Shown: positions 25,939 to 40,865, counted from the first letter of the whole stretch. The stretch: DNA of 62,942 nt, filler included, from Reticulomyxa filosa (GCA_000512085.1; 18 parts of 18 records of this genome joined end to end with filler, not necessarily neighbours in it); one strand, 5' to 3'. Program-made: numbers and translations. Notes: generated by a model from the letters alone, not told the origin.

Positions 25939-27310
25939 CAGTTGCGACAAAAAAATTAGCCAACCCTAAAATATGAACTTTTTGTGTTTCTAACAAAAAT
26001 TTGAATAGCAAATTGTGATTATTTTTTCTGGTTTACTGGATATACGTTTACACTTTTATAAGTAGTTTGTAAAAACAATAAACAAAAATTTAGAAAATTT
26101 GTTGGAAGAAAAAAATTTTCAAAAATGATTGTAATTGAGGCACCATCTCCACATCACGTTGAGGTAGGTAGCAGAATGTATTTGCTTTTTACAAAATTAT
26201 TTACAAGAAGATGCTTCCACAGTAGATATATAATAACTAACGTTACAAACAAATAAAAATAAACAAAAAACACCAACAAAAATTCTTAATATTTCGTATG
26301 CCCACCCTTGCTTTGATCAAAGCTTTTATCCTATTGGTACTAACGTTCTACAAATATCTTTGTCAATATCTTCAAATTCTTTCTCAAACACCTCCCAAAG
26401 CTGCTTCAAAGATGTAGCATCATGGTTTTGGTGGATCTTTATCTTTATAATTCGCCACATATTCTCGATTGGATTGAGGTCTGGGCTTTGCGGAGGATGT
26501 TTTAAGAGAGCTATTCGATTATTCTCCAAAAATTCCATAGTTGAATTTGACTTGTGACAAGATGCATTGTCTTGCTGAAAGATAAAGTCCTCATGACACT
26601 TTTCTTCGAGACAATATTGACGATAGTTCCACATTTCGTCAGCGAGAATCTTTTTATATAACTCAGAGTTAACAGTTCCTGTAATTTTAGCAGCATCACT
26701 GGCTCCTTTGCACCATGCATCCACAAATCATCATGCTTCTACCACCACCTTTCACAGTAAGCTTAGTAGTACGATCGGAAATCATTTCATTAGGTCTTCG
26801 CCAAGTGTATTCTTTTCATTCACTTACGAAACTATTTATTTTCGTTTCATCGGAAAAAATCACTTTTCTCCAAACACTTTCGGTCAATGATTTGTGTTTT
26901 TTGTCGAATTCTAAACGTAACTTTTTATGGCGCTTAGTTAATCGATGCTTTTTGATACGTATGCAACTATTTAAACCCTGAGATTTTAAAAAGTTCTTCA
27001 AAGTACTCACAGAGAACGCTAGCATCTCTATCAGTCCACGTTTTAGGACATCCAGAGCATCTTTTGCGTGTAATCGTTCCACTATTGAGGATGCTGAGGT
27101 AAACTTTTTTTGCTGTGTCATGACGTATCCCAAATTGCTGGCCAGCCTCACGATACTACATTCAAATAAGTATTCTTTCAAATAAAATTCCTTGTTGTAT
27201 TCCAGACAGCTTGTGAGTCATGACTAGAAACTAAAGAATAACAATAAAACAAAAAACTTGTTGGAATGTTGAAAAAGAAAAGTTTATATGGAAAATTGTG
27301 ACCGCAACTA
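25939..27310 (-). mobile_element. Tc1-like DNA transposon relic
   Basis: Terminus TA|CAGTTGCGACAAAAAAATTAGCCAACC at 25937-25965 downstream of the transposase. Only a weak possible partner (ttgtgaccgcaacta) near 27296-27310. Confidence 0.7.
26286..27221 (-). pseudogene. DD34E Tc1 transposase pseudogene
   Basis: WRKVIFSDETK, TVKGGG, FQQDNASCH-x-PPQSPDLNPIENMW (34 residues between D and E), terminal GGHTKY*. In-frame stop at 26816 and frameshifts. Confidence 0.92.
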
Positions 27311-27847
27311 AAGCAAGTCCAACAGGAAAACTGCTTTACAATCAGTAAAACATTTTTATCACAAAAAGAAAGATATAATTTATTATTATCATTGCAATCA
27401 TTGTATCTAATTTGGTTACATTTTTAACATATCTTTTAATCGTTCTTTATTTTGAATAATATTCAAACCATTCTATTAAAAATATGCAACTAAATATGAT
27501 TGCATCAAATTACTTTCATTTATTGAATGAGACACATTTAATAAAATTATTATCATCAATCGATTATTCAATCTCGCCAAAATAGATTCTGATGTATAAC
27601 ATAAACTTAAATAAATAAAATAAGCTTTATGATCAAACACTAAATTTAAAATCCAAAAATAACGAAAAAATAAAAAAAAAAAAAGGAAAACTATGAGCCA
27701 TGCGGCACGAAGTGTCGCATGGCCCACAGTTTAACTTTTCTTTTTTTNNNNNNNNNNNNNNNNNNNNNNNNNNNNNNNNNNNNNNNNNNNNTTAATTAAT
27801 TAANNNNNNNNNNNNNNNNNNNNNNNNNNNNNNNNNNNNNNNNNNNN

Positions 27848-29506
27848 CAATGCAAATATCAATGCAAATATCAATGCAAATATCAATGCAAGTGATAATA
27901 AAAAAGATAAACGCGCAGGATCGACGAAAAAGCTATGGGAAATATTTGGCATGTCGACAGGCAAGGAACACGCGGCACACAAAACGGAGAAATTGGAAAC
28001 AACGTGTCCGCCACAATCGCAAGTGCCACTCGTGGACGCCACAATGGACGAAAAGGACAAACACAGAGACAAAGGAGGAATAGTAGATAGCAACAGTCCT
28101 TTGGTGGATCAGACGGAGTTGATGGAATATGTCGACTTGACTTTTTCCAATGTCACGCCAAACATACCCGAATTGGATGACTTGTCATTTGCAGAGATTC
28201 GTCGGGACATTATCTACACCAATGTGTTGCGATATTTTGAAAGAATGTACTTTTTAAAGGATGTAACGTATATTATCCACAATGCACGAAGATCCAAAGA
28301 TGTCCAAATTTCGCCTTGGTCGCTCGTTTCATCTTCGTCTGCTTCTCTTCCAAAAACGTTTGTTCGACATCTCACTTATATTACCCCCGTCAAAGGTTTT
28401 TTTTTCTCTTTTATGTTGTGTTTGATATTTGTATACTTCTTGCATCAGGATTGATAAATGTTCTAATTTTCAAATGAGTTTGTCACTTTTTTTTTTTTTC
28501 CCTCCCCCCCTTTGCACATAACACATGCATAAAAGACCCTCCGCCTTTTATGCCCGCGGAAACAAATGTCGAAGAGAGACAGCGATTTCGTTTTTATGGA
28601 ATTGATTTATTAATTATCGACGTCCAATTGCAAACGCCGTCGATTAAATTTGGTGATTGTTTTTTCATTCACCAAAAATACACCGTTTAGTGCTTTTCTC
28701 ATAACTTGTGTGCTCATAATTTTTTTTTTTTGGGAACAACAATGGGACATATATAGGTGCGCACACATGGGAACAACGGCGCCAATGAGTGCGAGTTGAT
28801 ATCGTATTTGGCATTGAACTGGGTAAAGTCCACATGGTTCAAAACTGTGATCACAAGCAAAGCCACGCAAGAGTCTGTGGAAGGCGTAGATCAATGGATA
28901 GGTGAAGTGAAGAAAATATTCCCTGATAAAGAGCCTTTGCTCTCTGAAGGTTACATTTCCAGTATCAATGCCAATGCTAATGCCATGATTGCGCAACGGA
29001 CTGTCAGCAACTCCACACTCGAGTTTATGCACAAATCTCCAACCAAATGCGAACAATTGTGGGAATATGTGTGCAAACCCAAAGTGCAATATTGTATTGC
29101 ACATTACAGACATGCAGTCTTATTCTCTTATCTTCTTGTACACTTTTCTTCTGTACGCTGTTGGTGCGACAAACTCATGTTGGATTATAATGAGACCAAA
29201 CGAAATCAAACTAAACTCAATCCCAATGAAACCCCTGTCACTTTGTGTAGCATTCTCTTGGGTGATGCTTGCGCTCTTACTGTCACTCGGACTTGGAATA
29301 ATTGCACTGCTCATTTTGATGCTTGGTGTCTGCTTTTTGTCTTTGCTCTTTTCTTTATTGTCCTTGCTTCCTTGTCTTTCTCTTTGTTTCAACGACAAGT
29401 ACATAATGCCATTCTTCAACAAAATTTCTTATTGAAACAACAGAACCAAGAGTTACTTCAAATTACTTCACATTTAAAAGAAATTGTTCAAATGTTGCAA
29501 CCTTAA
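27848..29506 (+). CDS. VASt (StARkin, GRAMD1/Lam-like) lipid-transfer protein with C-terminal TM helix and coiled coil; 5'-partial
   Basis: DVQISPW...RHLTYITPVK | PPFMPAETNVEERQRF...QTPSIKFGDCFFIHQKY | LNWVKSTWFKTVITSKA...W, then a TM helix and a Q/L coiled coil. Confidence 0.8.
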
Positions 29507-30037
29507 AAACATTGTTTCGTCTTTTTGTTTGGTTGATTTCTTTTGTTCTTTTTTATTATTTAGACTTTTCTTGCTGTTTTTTCCCATTCTTTGGCACCTC
29601 TTTTTTTTTGCTTTTCTCCTTCCTTCTCTCTCTCTCTACCTTACTAAAAACTGCAAAGAATACTTCTTGTGTAGGTTTGCATCTCCCTTTTTTTTTTCCT
29701 TTTCTGCCCCTCCAATACGCTCACTGCAAAATATTCAAGTCCACTGAACATTGGAAATTTTGCAATGTTTTTTTCTTTGGAGAGTATGTTTTTTTAAAAA
29801 AAGAAGCAAATCAGTTTTCTTTTAATTGGTTTCCTCCTCAACTAATTTGCTTTTGGAGTAAAAAAAAAGAGAGCAAGCTTGCAATTGTTAAGGATCTGAA
29901 CTGGAACTTTAAACCCGACAAATTTTTCTTGCAATTTTTGTCCACCACAAAAATTTTTTTTCCACAGGGACTCAAAAAAAAAAACATTTTCCCTTTCACA
30001 GAAATTTGCATAGTCAGCAAAGAAAAAGAAAAAACTG

Positions 30038-31346
30038 ATGGATTTAAATCTTGCAGATCCAACTCTTCAATCCTACATAGAGAGTTGTCGTAGTCGGGGT
30101 ATGAACGAAGCACAAATTCAAGAGCAATTGATGCCGTACACCCAGCAACTACAACAGGAAAAGATGCGATTATCGCAGGAGTTGGTACGGGCATATCACG
30201 GACGTTACAATTTGCATGACTTTATGGTATTGCCAATGGCACAGCTGAAAACGATACATAAGGAACTGTTGCGTGTTATTGAGTACAACAGAAATCGGTC
30301 TCGGCTGAGCATGTCATCACCGACCAATCTGTCTGGTAATGAAGAAGGCTAATTTATTGATTTAATTTATTTTTTATTTACAAAAAAAAAAAAAAAAAAA
30401 GTCCGTGCTGTTTTTTGTCCACCAAATGAACAGAAGAGGCAATGAAAAGTGCAAACAGTGCATCGAAATCCGGTATGATGAGTCCAACAATGGGCAATGC
30501 ACATGAGAATAGCAATGTCCGAGGCAATGTAATGAATAACTCAGAGATACAAAACTATGAAAAGATGGTAGCTCCGTCATTGACGACGGGGACAGGAACA
30601 GGAGGTATGACCGCAACAGGAACGGCAACGACAGCGACAATGACAACCCCGGTCACTACCACTACGACAACTCCAACATCAATATCCACGCCAGTATCAA
30701 TATCGACATTGTCCTCCCCAACGACCACAACGGCGACAGTGTCGACCTCGACCTCATCGTTGATGTCGACGACAACAGGAACGGACAATGGCAATACCGT
30801 CAACTCCGTAGCGCGCAATCCAATAATCGTGTTGCAGCAGCTGTTGCAACAATATCCGCAGATCAACCAATGGCTACAGTCGGTGAATCATTTGGAAGCA
30901 GTGCTCTCGTCGAGTACGTACGCGGCACAATTTTTGAATTCACTGATGACTTCGCAGCCAGTATTCCAAGGTGTCGTTGCCAACATTCAGACAAAGCTGA
31001 GCGCCAACTCCACTCCTTTGTCGGGTTTCCACTCTGTCCATATGAATTCCACTGTTAATCATAATGCGAATGTCAATTCTAATTCTAATTCTAATTCCAA
31101 TTCCAATTCCAATTCTTCCGGTAGCACGATCCATGCTAATGTCCACATCAATACCAATGCAATTGCAAATGCAAATGCAATAGGCAACAATCGTGTATCT
31201 ATAAACACCGCGTCCAACACAGGAAAAAGGGACATTGTTGACAAGGATAGAGTCGAAGAAGAGGAGGACGGCAATGACAACAACGACGATGACAACGATG
31301 ACGATGATGATGATGATGATGATGATGACAATGATGAAAAAGAAGG
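30038..31346 (+). CDS. Hypothetical protein with T/N/D low-complexity tracts (3' end lost at linker)
   Basis: ATG at 30038, intron to ~30433, frame stays open to the linker. Confidence 0.6.
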
Positions 31347-31446
31347 NNNNNNNNNNNNNNNNNNNNNNNNNNNNNNNNNNNNNNNNNNNNTTAATTAATT
31401 AANNNNNNNNNNNNNNNNNNNNNNNNNNNNNNNNNNNNNNNNNNNN

Positions 31447-32719
31447 AAACTTGAATGACAGCACTGGCAACAGGGGTACAGTAACCAACCCGCCCCCTCC
31501 AAAAAAGCCCTTTTTGAGCCAAGTGCAATGTAAGTTGGATGAATTTGAAAACATTGGTATCTTGGGCGTCGGCAGTTTTGGACGGGTGAGCTTGGTGCGA
31601 GACCCACACACGAAGAAAACGTATTCGCTAAAGAAAGTTCGAAAGAACAAAGTGATTGAGACTGGACAAGAAGATCATGTTCGAAATGAACGTGATGTGT
31701 TGGCCGAATTGGACAACGATTTTTGCTGTAAAATGTACGCCACGTATCAAGACAAACTCAACATTTACTTTCTCATGGAAGCCGTGTTGGGAGGTGAGTT
31801 GTTCACCGTGCTGCGCTGGAACAAACGATTCAGTGAAAAGACCGCACGCTTCTATGCTGCATGCGTTATTCTGGCATTTGAATATTTGCACTCTAAAAAC
31901 ATTATCTATCGTGATTTGAAACCGGAAAATGTATGTCGCAGGACAAATGCTACCCTTTTTTTTTATTATTATTTATTTTTTTTTTATGTTTTGTTTGTCT
32001 ATGTTTTCTACATAGCTGTTAATTGCCGAAAATGGTTATTGTAAATTGGTCGACTTTGGATTTGCAAAGACACGAAACAAGTTGAGTTAACTTTTTTTTT
32101 TTTTTTTAAAAATCAAATTTGGTTATAACAAATATATAATACTTACAAACATGAAGCTCTTGCACGTTGTGCGGCACTCCAGAGTACCTGGCCCCGGAGG
32201 TCATCCAATCGTATGGGCAAGGCTTTGGTGTAGACTGGTGGGAGTTGGGCATATTCATTTACGAAATGTTGGTTGGACATGCACCATTTCAAGATGATCC
32301 CCACAAAAAAATGTATGAGAAAATATTGACTGACGATCCTCAATTCCCAGAAGATCTTTCATTCACTGATCGTGTTACTGATTTAATAGCCAGGCTCTTA
32401 CAAAGGGATGTGTTTAAGAGGTTGGGGGCTGGCATCAATGGAGCGGTTCAAGTCAAAAATCATCCTTGGTTTTTAGTTTAGCTTTTTTTTTTCAAGGAAT
32501 AAAGGTAAGTCAATATCAAGAAAATATTTGACAAAAAAAAATGCTCAGGATTTGGACTGGAAGGCCATGAGTGAACAAAGTATTAAGCCTCCATACATAC
32601 CAAAAATCACCACAAATACGGATTTATCCAATTTTGGTACTTATCCGGAAGAAGTCATTGAAGAAAGCTTGCTTCCAGATCCACAAGGCATTAGGTACAA
32701 GTGGTGTGAAGAGTTTTAA
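31447..32719 (+). CDS. cGMP-dependent (PKG-like) AGC kinase catalytic domain; 5'-partial
   Basis: LGVGSFGRV, FLMEAVLGGELF, YRDLKPEN, KLVDFGFAK, CGTPEYLAPE, PPYIPKI...DLSNF, terminal WCEEF*. Three introns. Confidence 0.9.
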
Positions 32720-33476
32720 ATATTGCACGAATGGTACAATAGGAATTGAAAGATATATATTAAAATTGGAAAAAATAAAGTAGAAAACAAAAGATAATAA
32801 TAAAAAAATAAAAAAACAACTGACAAAGCCTTTTGTTGTTGTTTTTTCTCCATGTTTGAAACTTGTAAATCTTGTGTTTTATTGTGAGTGAGGTTTTTCT
32901 TAGTCGTTTCTTCTTGTATGACCTTGGGCTTTGTTGTTCTTATTTTGGATTTTTGTTTTTGGCTGCAGTTTTTTTATTCACGTCTTTCTTTTACAAAAAA
33001 AATCAAAAACACAATCGCCCTTGAGATTGATTTGCGAAGATTGAATTGATATTGAAACACTTGTAATATTTCATTGTCTATTGCAAAGATCCGCTTTCTG
33101 TTTCCTCAAATGCTCTTACTTCATCCGTGTTTGAGGGGCGGATTCTCAATAGATTTACACATTTTTTAAATATGCATAGCTTAATAAAAAATAAATACTC
33201 TTTTGGTGTCAGAGTATATACACACTGCATTAACACATAGGATCACGAGGAGTCTAATCTTATAAGTTAATTTAATCTCTTTGTCAAATGTATACATTTT
33301 TGTAACAAGCGCATCTATCCCAAAATATCAATTTTTTTCAATCCCATTTGTCTAACTAAAAGATATGAATTACATGCTTTCTACATTTTCTGCCCTTTTC
33401 CAAGTGGCAGCGTCAAGGAGGAAAACCCCCAAAAAAGATCAAAAACCTTACGCACTATAAAAGATAAAAAGATAAG

Positions 33477-34735
33477 ATGATTTCACATGCTTCTTTTTTT
33501 GATATTTGTAAAGTACTGGAGAAATGTAATAAAGAACTGAATACCTGTCATAATGAAAAGCTTGAAAACGCTCCGTTGCGCATGTTCTACCACAAATATT
33601 TGGAGAAAGAGCTGGTCGACGATCTTCGTCAAACAATAACACAAAACGTGGATGACATTTTCCAAGACACACACTATTCTGTGCGCAAAATGGATATGAT
33701 ATACAACGATTTTTTCACTTCTATTAAATCTATCTGTGGCATTATCGACAGCATGGATAAAATTGTTTCGAACAAAAGAGAGAACGGATATGATTTAATT
33801 TTATCATCAGTTTTGTGTATGTATATGTATACGCTTGTTTCAAGTTGAATCAAGATAAAAAAAAAAAAAAAAATGAGCAAAAAACATTCAATAATTTTAT
33901 TGTTCCCTTTTGCTGTTGCAGATATTTCGCGGATTATTTCACTTGTTGGGACTCACAAAAGCCTCCAACTCACAATCGAAGCATCGGAATAGTGTATGGT
34001 TGTTTCACAAACAATACGAAAAAGAGCTGCCACCCCAATTTTTGGAATCGTTACGTCGTTCATCAGGAACGCGAAGGTCACGTGCCACCGCCGATGGTCT
34101 TGGAGCCACCATCGAAACATCAAGACATATCTCTCTTTTCCAAAAGCATTGTATCGACTACTTTATTCAAACAGGCCTTCAGCCAACTATTCACCTGTTT
34201 TCTGCAGTTATGTTTCCCCTTCCTCTTCCTCCTCCTCTTTTTTTCATCTCCACACGTCGAATACTTTACGGACATGTGAGTTTGTTCATTTCAAACTTGA
34301 CACACTAAACAAATAAAAATAAAAAAAAAAAGAGTGGATACGTATACTACACAATAAAAAGAGGGAAGGGAGAGGTAATAACGTGATGATAAAAAAATCA
34401 ATAATAACAACAATAAAATATAAAATTAGAAACCAGCATTGACTTTGACCACATGCAATGATATCCTCCAATTGTTGGTCTGTTTGAACGATCACATGAG
34501 TGATTCACTCCTGGAAAATACGTCCTTCCGCACAAAGCTAGGGCAATGGAGTAAGGAGACTGACGAAAAAGTCTTTGATCGACGCACAAATCGCAAGAAT
34601 TGGCAGGACTTTGTAACTCATCTGGACCATCTCTGCCAACGTTCGAGATCGATTCAGTCCAGACACGTTTGCAAGATCGAGTTACGTACATTGTTGTCCA
34701 TTACAAAAATAAGAAAACAGCAGAAGAAAGTTTGA
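33477..34735 (+). CDS. Hypothetical helical protein, multi-exon, with an apparent frameshift
   Basis: Three coding-like blocks with introns at ~33817-33920 and ~34276-34429. Confidence 0.45.
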
Positions 34736-35493
34736 AGAAGAAGAAGANNNNNNNNNNNNNNNNNNNNNNNNNNNNNNNNNNNNNNNNNNNNTTAATTAAT
34801 TAANNNNNNNNNNNNNNNNNNNNNNNNNNNNNNNNNNNNNNNNNNNNCGAAGACAAAGGGGGGGACGACGCGGATGCCGCTGAAGCTCCTGGCGAACTGC
34901 TAAAACCACGTCTCCACACACCAAGTCTGCTAACTCGTCCAAGTAAACTCTTCATTTTTTTTTAGTTTTTTTTAGCGCGCAAAATCACGAATTCTTGAAA
35001 CAAAAAAAAAAGTCTAAAAACACTAGAAAATTCCTTTCTTTAATTTTAGACCCCTTTTTCTGTCGTAAATTTGCTCGAACAAACACTACACCAGGTCATT
35101 GGTTATGTATATGCTAATCCAACTGGTGAGATTGGAAAAATAGTCTCACAGAGAGGAAACGATTTCAACTGATAAGGAAATTGCAGTTCTCAACTCAAAA
35201 AGTATTGGTGAAACGGAAAATCACTTGGTGTTATTGCAACTTTTTTTTTTACTATTGTACTACCCATGTTTATTTTTCAAAAAAAAAAATCTTATCGTAG
35301 TGGCACTTTACCACTAATATGTAAGTGATGACCGTGACATCGCGTATCTTCAATAATCTAATGTTCTAAATTTCACAATTGGTAAAAGTTAATTCTTATC
35401 ACAATAAAGCTCGATATTTTTGTTAATTACAAAAATATTGTTCAGCAACATTCACACTGATCAACTGAATTTTCACATTTTATTTTGTTTGTC

Positions 35494-36230
35494 CTAAAAA
35501 ACATCAAACCATGCACGTCTTCTTCCTTGACAACACTTCCAAGCCTTATCAATGTTCTTGTTGATTTCCTCGCAGGATTTGACAAACTCCTTTGTGTTGG
35601 AAGTGAATTTTTTCAAAATGTTTTTCTTTTGATAAATTTGCAAGTATTCGGCAAGTTCCTCTTGTCTTGCAGCGAGTGCAGCTTCAGAGTCACCATTTCT
35701 CTCATCGTTACTTGCACGATTTTCTATCCTTTGAATCTCTCTTTTTGCTTCTTGTATCTTTTGCTCCAATGCTTGGATACAGTAAATGGCTCTAATTTTT
35801 CCTTCTTCAGCGACGTTTCCTCCGTTTTCCCCCTCGCGTCTGTGAAACTCTTGCCCCTGGGCAAATTTCTTTGCTTCTTCAAAAACTTCACTTTCATGTT
35901 TCAGTCTCTCTTCTGTCATTTTTTTTTTTTATAGAGAGAAAGAGTATATACATATACTCTTTCTCTCTATAAAAAAAAAAACAAAACCAAACCAAACCTG
36001 CGACACTCGAAGATGGAAATAAAAAATAGCTTGCTAATCCTCCGAGAGCGCATCCTACAACTACGCATATACCGGTTGCAGCAGATAGAAGACATGCAGC
36101 CACGAACGCAGCAGCCCCTAAAATTATTGGAAGTGCTTTAATTATCAAGGTAATAAGCCACGTCATCCAGTCGACCGTATTTCGATGTTGATTTTCCAAA
36201 TTCTGAGCCATTTCTCTTGCTCGTGTGCTT
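35494..36230 (-). CDS. Hypothetical membrane protein with C-terminal coiled coil; 5'-partial
   Basis: Gly/Ala-rich hydrophobic hairpin exon, intron ~35933-35996, charged coiled-coil exon ending at the stop at 35494. Confidence 0.6.
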
Positions 36231-37609
36231 NNNNNNNNNNNNNNNNNNNNNNNNNNNNNNNNNNNNNNNNNNNNTTAATTAATTAANNNNNNNNNNNNNN
36301 NNNNNNNNNNNNNNNNNNNNNNNNNNNNNNACACATTAAAAATGATGATAACTTTCATCATTCTCAATGAAAGAGCCTCTTTAAAAGTTCTTACATTTTA
36401 GAATGATGACAATTAAAAATTTAGTTTTTGAAATATAAATTTTAAAATATTTTTTATTAATTTTATAACTGATTTCATTATTTGTCTTTTGAACTAAACC
36501 AAATTGAAATCATTATATTGTTTTCAAAAAGTATTAATCTTAATATTATTTAATTCATAGATTCGATGGTAAATATGAAGTGAAATTGATTGAAAAACAA
36601 TTTGATAATGCGTTTGATTCTTTTTCTTGAAATATGAAGATTACTATATTTACAACAAAATTGAATGTGTGCTTTCATTTGAAAAATATATTTAATACTT
36701 TGATGAAAATGAAAATCACTTCAAATAATTTCAACGGTAATAATAATAATAATGATTATCATATTTTATATTTCTGTTTGAATAACGAAAATGAAGGAGA
36801 CTTGTTACAATTCATAAATTATATTCAAATAATGAACATCGACAAAACTCCATTGCATTTGGCAAATTATAAATTATTTCAAATTAATTGCAAAATATAA
36901 CATGACTTAACTTTGTTCAAAGAGTATAAATCAAAAATTTTTATCATTCAAGTATCTTTTTTAATTCTATATATTTGAAATACGAACAATAATACAATCG
37001 ATTTTATAATTTGTTAAAAATCTATTGTGTCCACTTTTAATTTCTTTAAAGAATTTCATTCCGAGGTAATGAAATGATATATCGTAGAAAGGATTTTGAC
37101 TGCTTTTTAAAAAGCATTTTCATCTATATCAATTAAAAGGGAAGAACAAAGTTCAGATGGGATCAAAAAATGATTTATTATGAATATATCAATTCGTTCA
37201 CTTTGTCGATCCAAACCAAAGATAAAGAAAAAACTATAACAGTAATGTCGGTAGAACAAAGCATGTTCAGCCTTTTGTTTAAAGTACGAACTGAAGGCTT
37301 TATAATTCTTCTGGTCAGTCTAAACCTTAATTTTGCCTTGTGAATGCTCACAATAGAATATCTTAACAAACAATCATATTTACGGGAAAGTATGGCTATT
37401 GCATTTCAATCAATTATTGAAAGAGGTAATATTCACAAAAAAATGTTTTTATTATATTTACGAAGGTGGAGGATGGTTCTTTTTTTTCTCTTTCAAACAA
37501 GAGACTACTTTTTAATTGTCCCCTTTTTTTTTTTTTTTGCTATGTTTTCTTTATTAGGATCAGTTGATTATTCGGATATGAGTCTAAATCAACATTTTGA
37601 ATATAAATA

Positions 37610-37955
37610 ATGACAGGTTTTGTGAAGGATGCTGCTGCAATCCAAACCCAAGTATTTTGTTTATTTCTCAAATTGCAAACTGGATGATTAATATTTTGTT
37701 TCGTCACATTAATTTGTAGACGATAATGAGCAAAGATAGTCGCTATAGTGTGACCATGAACATAACAAAAGAAAATGGTATACGTGATGCAGATGTGAGA
37801 GATTGGAGTAGTGTGGGTGGAGCTATTTATTATACGTTGCCAGTATTCTTCGAAGGCAATGTCAATGCAATGGCATTATTGACAAACAATTGGAAGAATG
37901 AGAGACTGCACGATGATGTCAATGTCGTGTGGACAAAAAAAAGGACAAATGGATT
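37610..37955 (+). CDS. Hypothetical protein fragment
   Basis: MTGFVKDAAAIQTQ, GT..AG intron, then TIMSKDSRY... open to the linker. Confidence 0.35.
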
Positions 37956-39230
37956 NNNNNNNNNNNNNNNNNNNNNNNNNNNNNNNNNNNNNNNNNNNNT
38001 TAATTAATTAANNNNNNNNNNNNNNNNNNNNNNNNNNNNNNNNNNNNNNNNNNNNTTTTAAAAAAAGAAAAAAGACACACTAGTGCTGTTAGAGAGAGGG
38101 AAGATCACCCTAATTAAGGACTGTTACGAAGAGACAACCAAAGAAAAAAAAAGACCTTTTTCTTAAGTGACACATAAATGCACAACTCATAAATGTTTAT
38201 TAAAAAATATGAAAATTTACAATTTTTTTCAATATTTTGACAAAATAAATTGAAAAAAAGAATTGTTCAAATTTTTGTTTATTATTTCATTTGTGGTTCT
38301 ACATTTGATCCCAAAAAAGATAATTGAACATTAAAAATTTTTTTTTTTTTTTGGAATAGATCATTACTTTTTTTGCGTAATGATTTTTCTCTTTCAGAGA
38401 AAAAGTTTTCCCTTTTTAGAAAAAGTTCTCCTGAACATTATAAATGTGGTTGTCTCTTCTCTCTTCAAACAGCATAACAAGCCAAAAATATATATTGGAA
38501 CAAACATCATAATTTCTTGAACATTGCATGAGTAGGGGAATATGATTAGCAAAAATGATTTATTTATTTACTAAAAGCTCTGACCTCTTATTAAAAAAAA
38601 TAAAAAAGGATTCCTCATAGAATCCCAATAGTGAAGAGAAGTCAACTTAATGAATTCGGATAAAATTTGCAGTTGTTTTGAAATCGCTTTGAACTCAATT
38701 ATCCACATCGTCGAAAATGGACGATGTGTTCAGACGCGCGAGTCGGTTTGCATTTTTAAATTGTATTGTACAAACTTTTAATTCACAAAAAAATGCATCG
38801 ACAAGTACTTTCGATAACGTCATGACGTGTTTGTTGACAGTGGACAATCTCAAAGGGCACTTGTCCATTTTTTTTTTGCTATCATATGGCATTTGAAATC
38901 TGAACCACCACTGCTCCTGTTGTCACATACTTGCCTTCATGAATCACTCCAAAACTTCCACTTTACCACCCAATATATATATTGTACGTGGGCGACAGTG
39001 AAATTAGAAAAGGCGAACACAATTTCCCCAACTGCAATACGAGTACAAGATTTACAAAATGTTGAAAGGAAGTCAAGGAGTGCCAGGCAGTGAAATGGTT
39101 TGGACAAGAAGGAGAATTCAACGTGTTAGTNNNNNNNNNNNNNNNNNNNNNNNNNNNNNNNNNNNNNNNNNNNNTTAATTAATTAANNNNNNNNNNNNNN
39201 NNNNNNNNNNNNNNNNNNNNNNNNNNNNNN

Positions 39231-40829
39231 AAAAAAAAAAAAATAGCAAACCTTTGGTAATTCAGATTTGATCCAATCGAATTCGATCCAACAAACACCT
39301 TTCATGAATGGTCGACTGGTATACATAATATCAGTATAAACAACCCATTGTACTTTGTCAACTTGTGATAAAGCACTGGATGGGTGAATAAACACAAATT
39401 CGTTTTGCATCTGGTTGGTTTAAATGGAATATGCTGTTTTGTTGTTGTGCCTTCTCGGTCGTGTCGTTCATCAATTTTCAGTGCAGATTGCATAAACAGA
39501 GCTTTGCTGAGACATTTTCGAACGTGTTTGATTTGTTTGATTGTTGTCTTTTCCAAGTCTTTTTCGTTAAACATTTTTATCATGATTTCTTTTAATTGAT
39601 GTTTGATATCTCTGGCACGCTCTAATATGCGATACTTGACAAATTTATTTTGACACCATTCATGAAGAACTGCTTTCAGTTCTTTGGAGGGGTTTTTTTC
39701 TTCCTTCCATTTCTGCTCTTCGCTCATGTAGTCGCTGAATGTCAGCAGCCACGTGATAGGATCTCCGTATCGCGATTCAAACTTGACTCGAGCTTTGTAT
39801 GCTCGATCCTATTTGTGTGAAAGGGGATGTCTTGGAATGAAAGAGCGCAAATGACAAACAGCAAAAAGAACAAACCATGACTTCGGCAGGAGCATTTCTG
39901 CCCGGATTGACAAAGACCTCTTCTCCACCTGCGGACGCCATAGAGACCACCACTAAAGCGGCCTCGACACAATGGTGAGCAACACTTTCAATTAAGATTT
40001 TTCCAAAAATGGGATGTAAAGGGAATTCGGAGATTTGTTTTCCGACGTCGGTTATTTTGCCTGTGCTGTCAATGCAATTGAGTAAGTACAATTCGACCAA
40101 CGCCTCTATGATTGCCTCTTCCGATGGACGATCTAAATACTGAAATTTTACAGGGTCGTCAATACCTTTGATTGTGTGATGTGATGTGATGTGTTTCGAT
40201 TAATACGTTTGTAGTATACATGTTAAAACATAAGAGAACACCAACCAATAGATTTCAACGTTAACACGGTGCTGCAAAGATTGGTCCGTTGGATTTCAGG
40301 CTCGGTTTCCAAAGGAAACTCTTTTTCAAACTCCTGGGTGGTGTATAAACGATAGCATTCGCCTTCTTTGGTACGACCGGCTCTTCCCAATCTTTGAAGG
40401 GCCGCCACTCGACTGATGTTGACAATGACCAAAGCATCCATGCCGGTGAGAGGGTTAAATCGCTTTTGCTTAACCAGTCCTGGATCGATGACATAGGCCA
40501 CTCCATCGACCGTCAACGACGTCTCTGCGATGTTCGTCGCGAATATTATCTTTCGACAGTTATTCGGCACTTTGGCGAATATCATCTGTTGCTTTTCGGG
40601 GGACAGCGCCGCATAGGCCGGGAGGATTACCACGTCCGGCATGTTCACTCCATTCAGCTCCAATTCGTCCAAGCGCTTTCCAAGCAGACTGCATGCACGG
40701 TCGATTTCGTCTTGTCCCGTCAAAAACACTAAGATATGTCCGTCTGGTGGCTTGGATTGATGGATCTTCAATGCTGCCTCTACCGACGCTTCGACATACT
40801 GTCTTTAGTCCCCATTTATTTCATATACA

Positions 40830-40865
<36 letters not shown>

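Noticed and set aside
30336-30433. Non-canonical GC-AG intron
   Set aside because: A same-phase canonical GTAATG donor lies just upstream.
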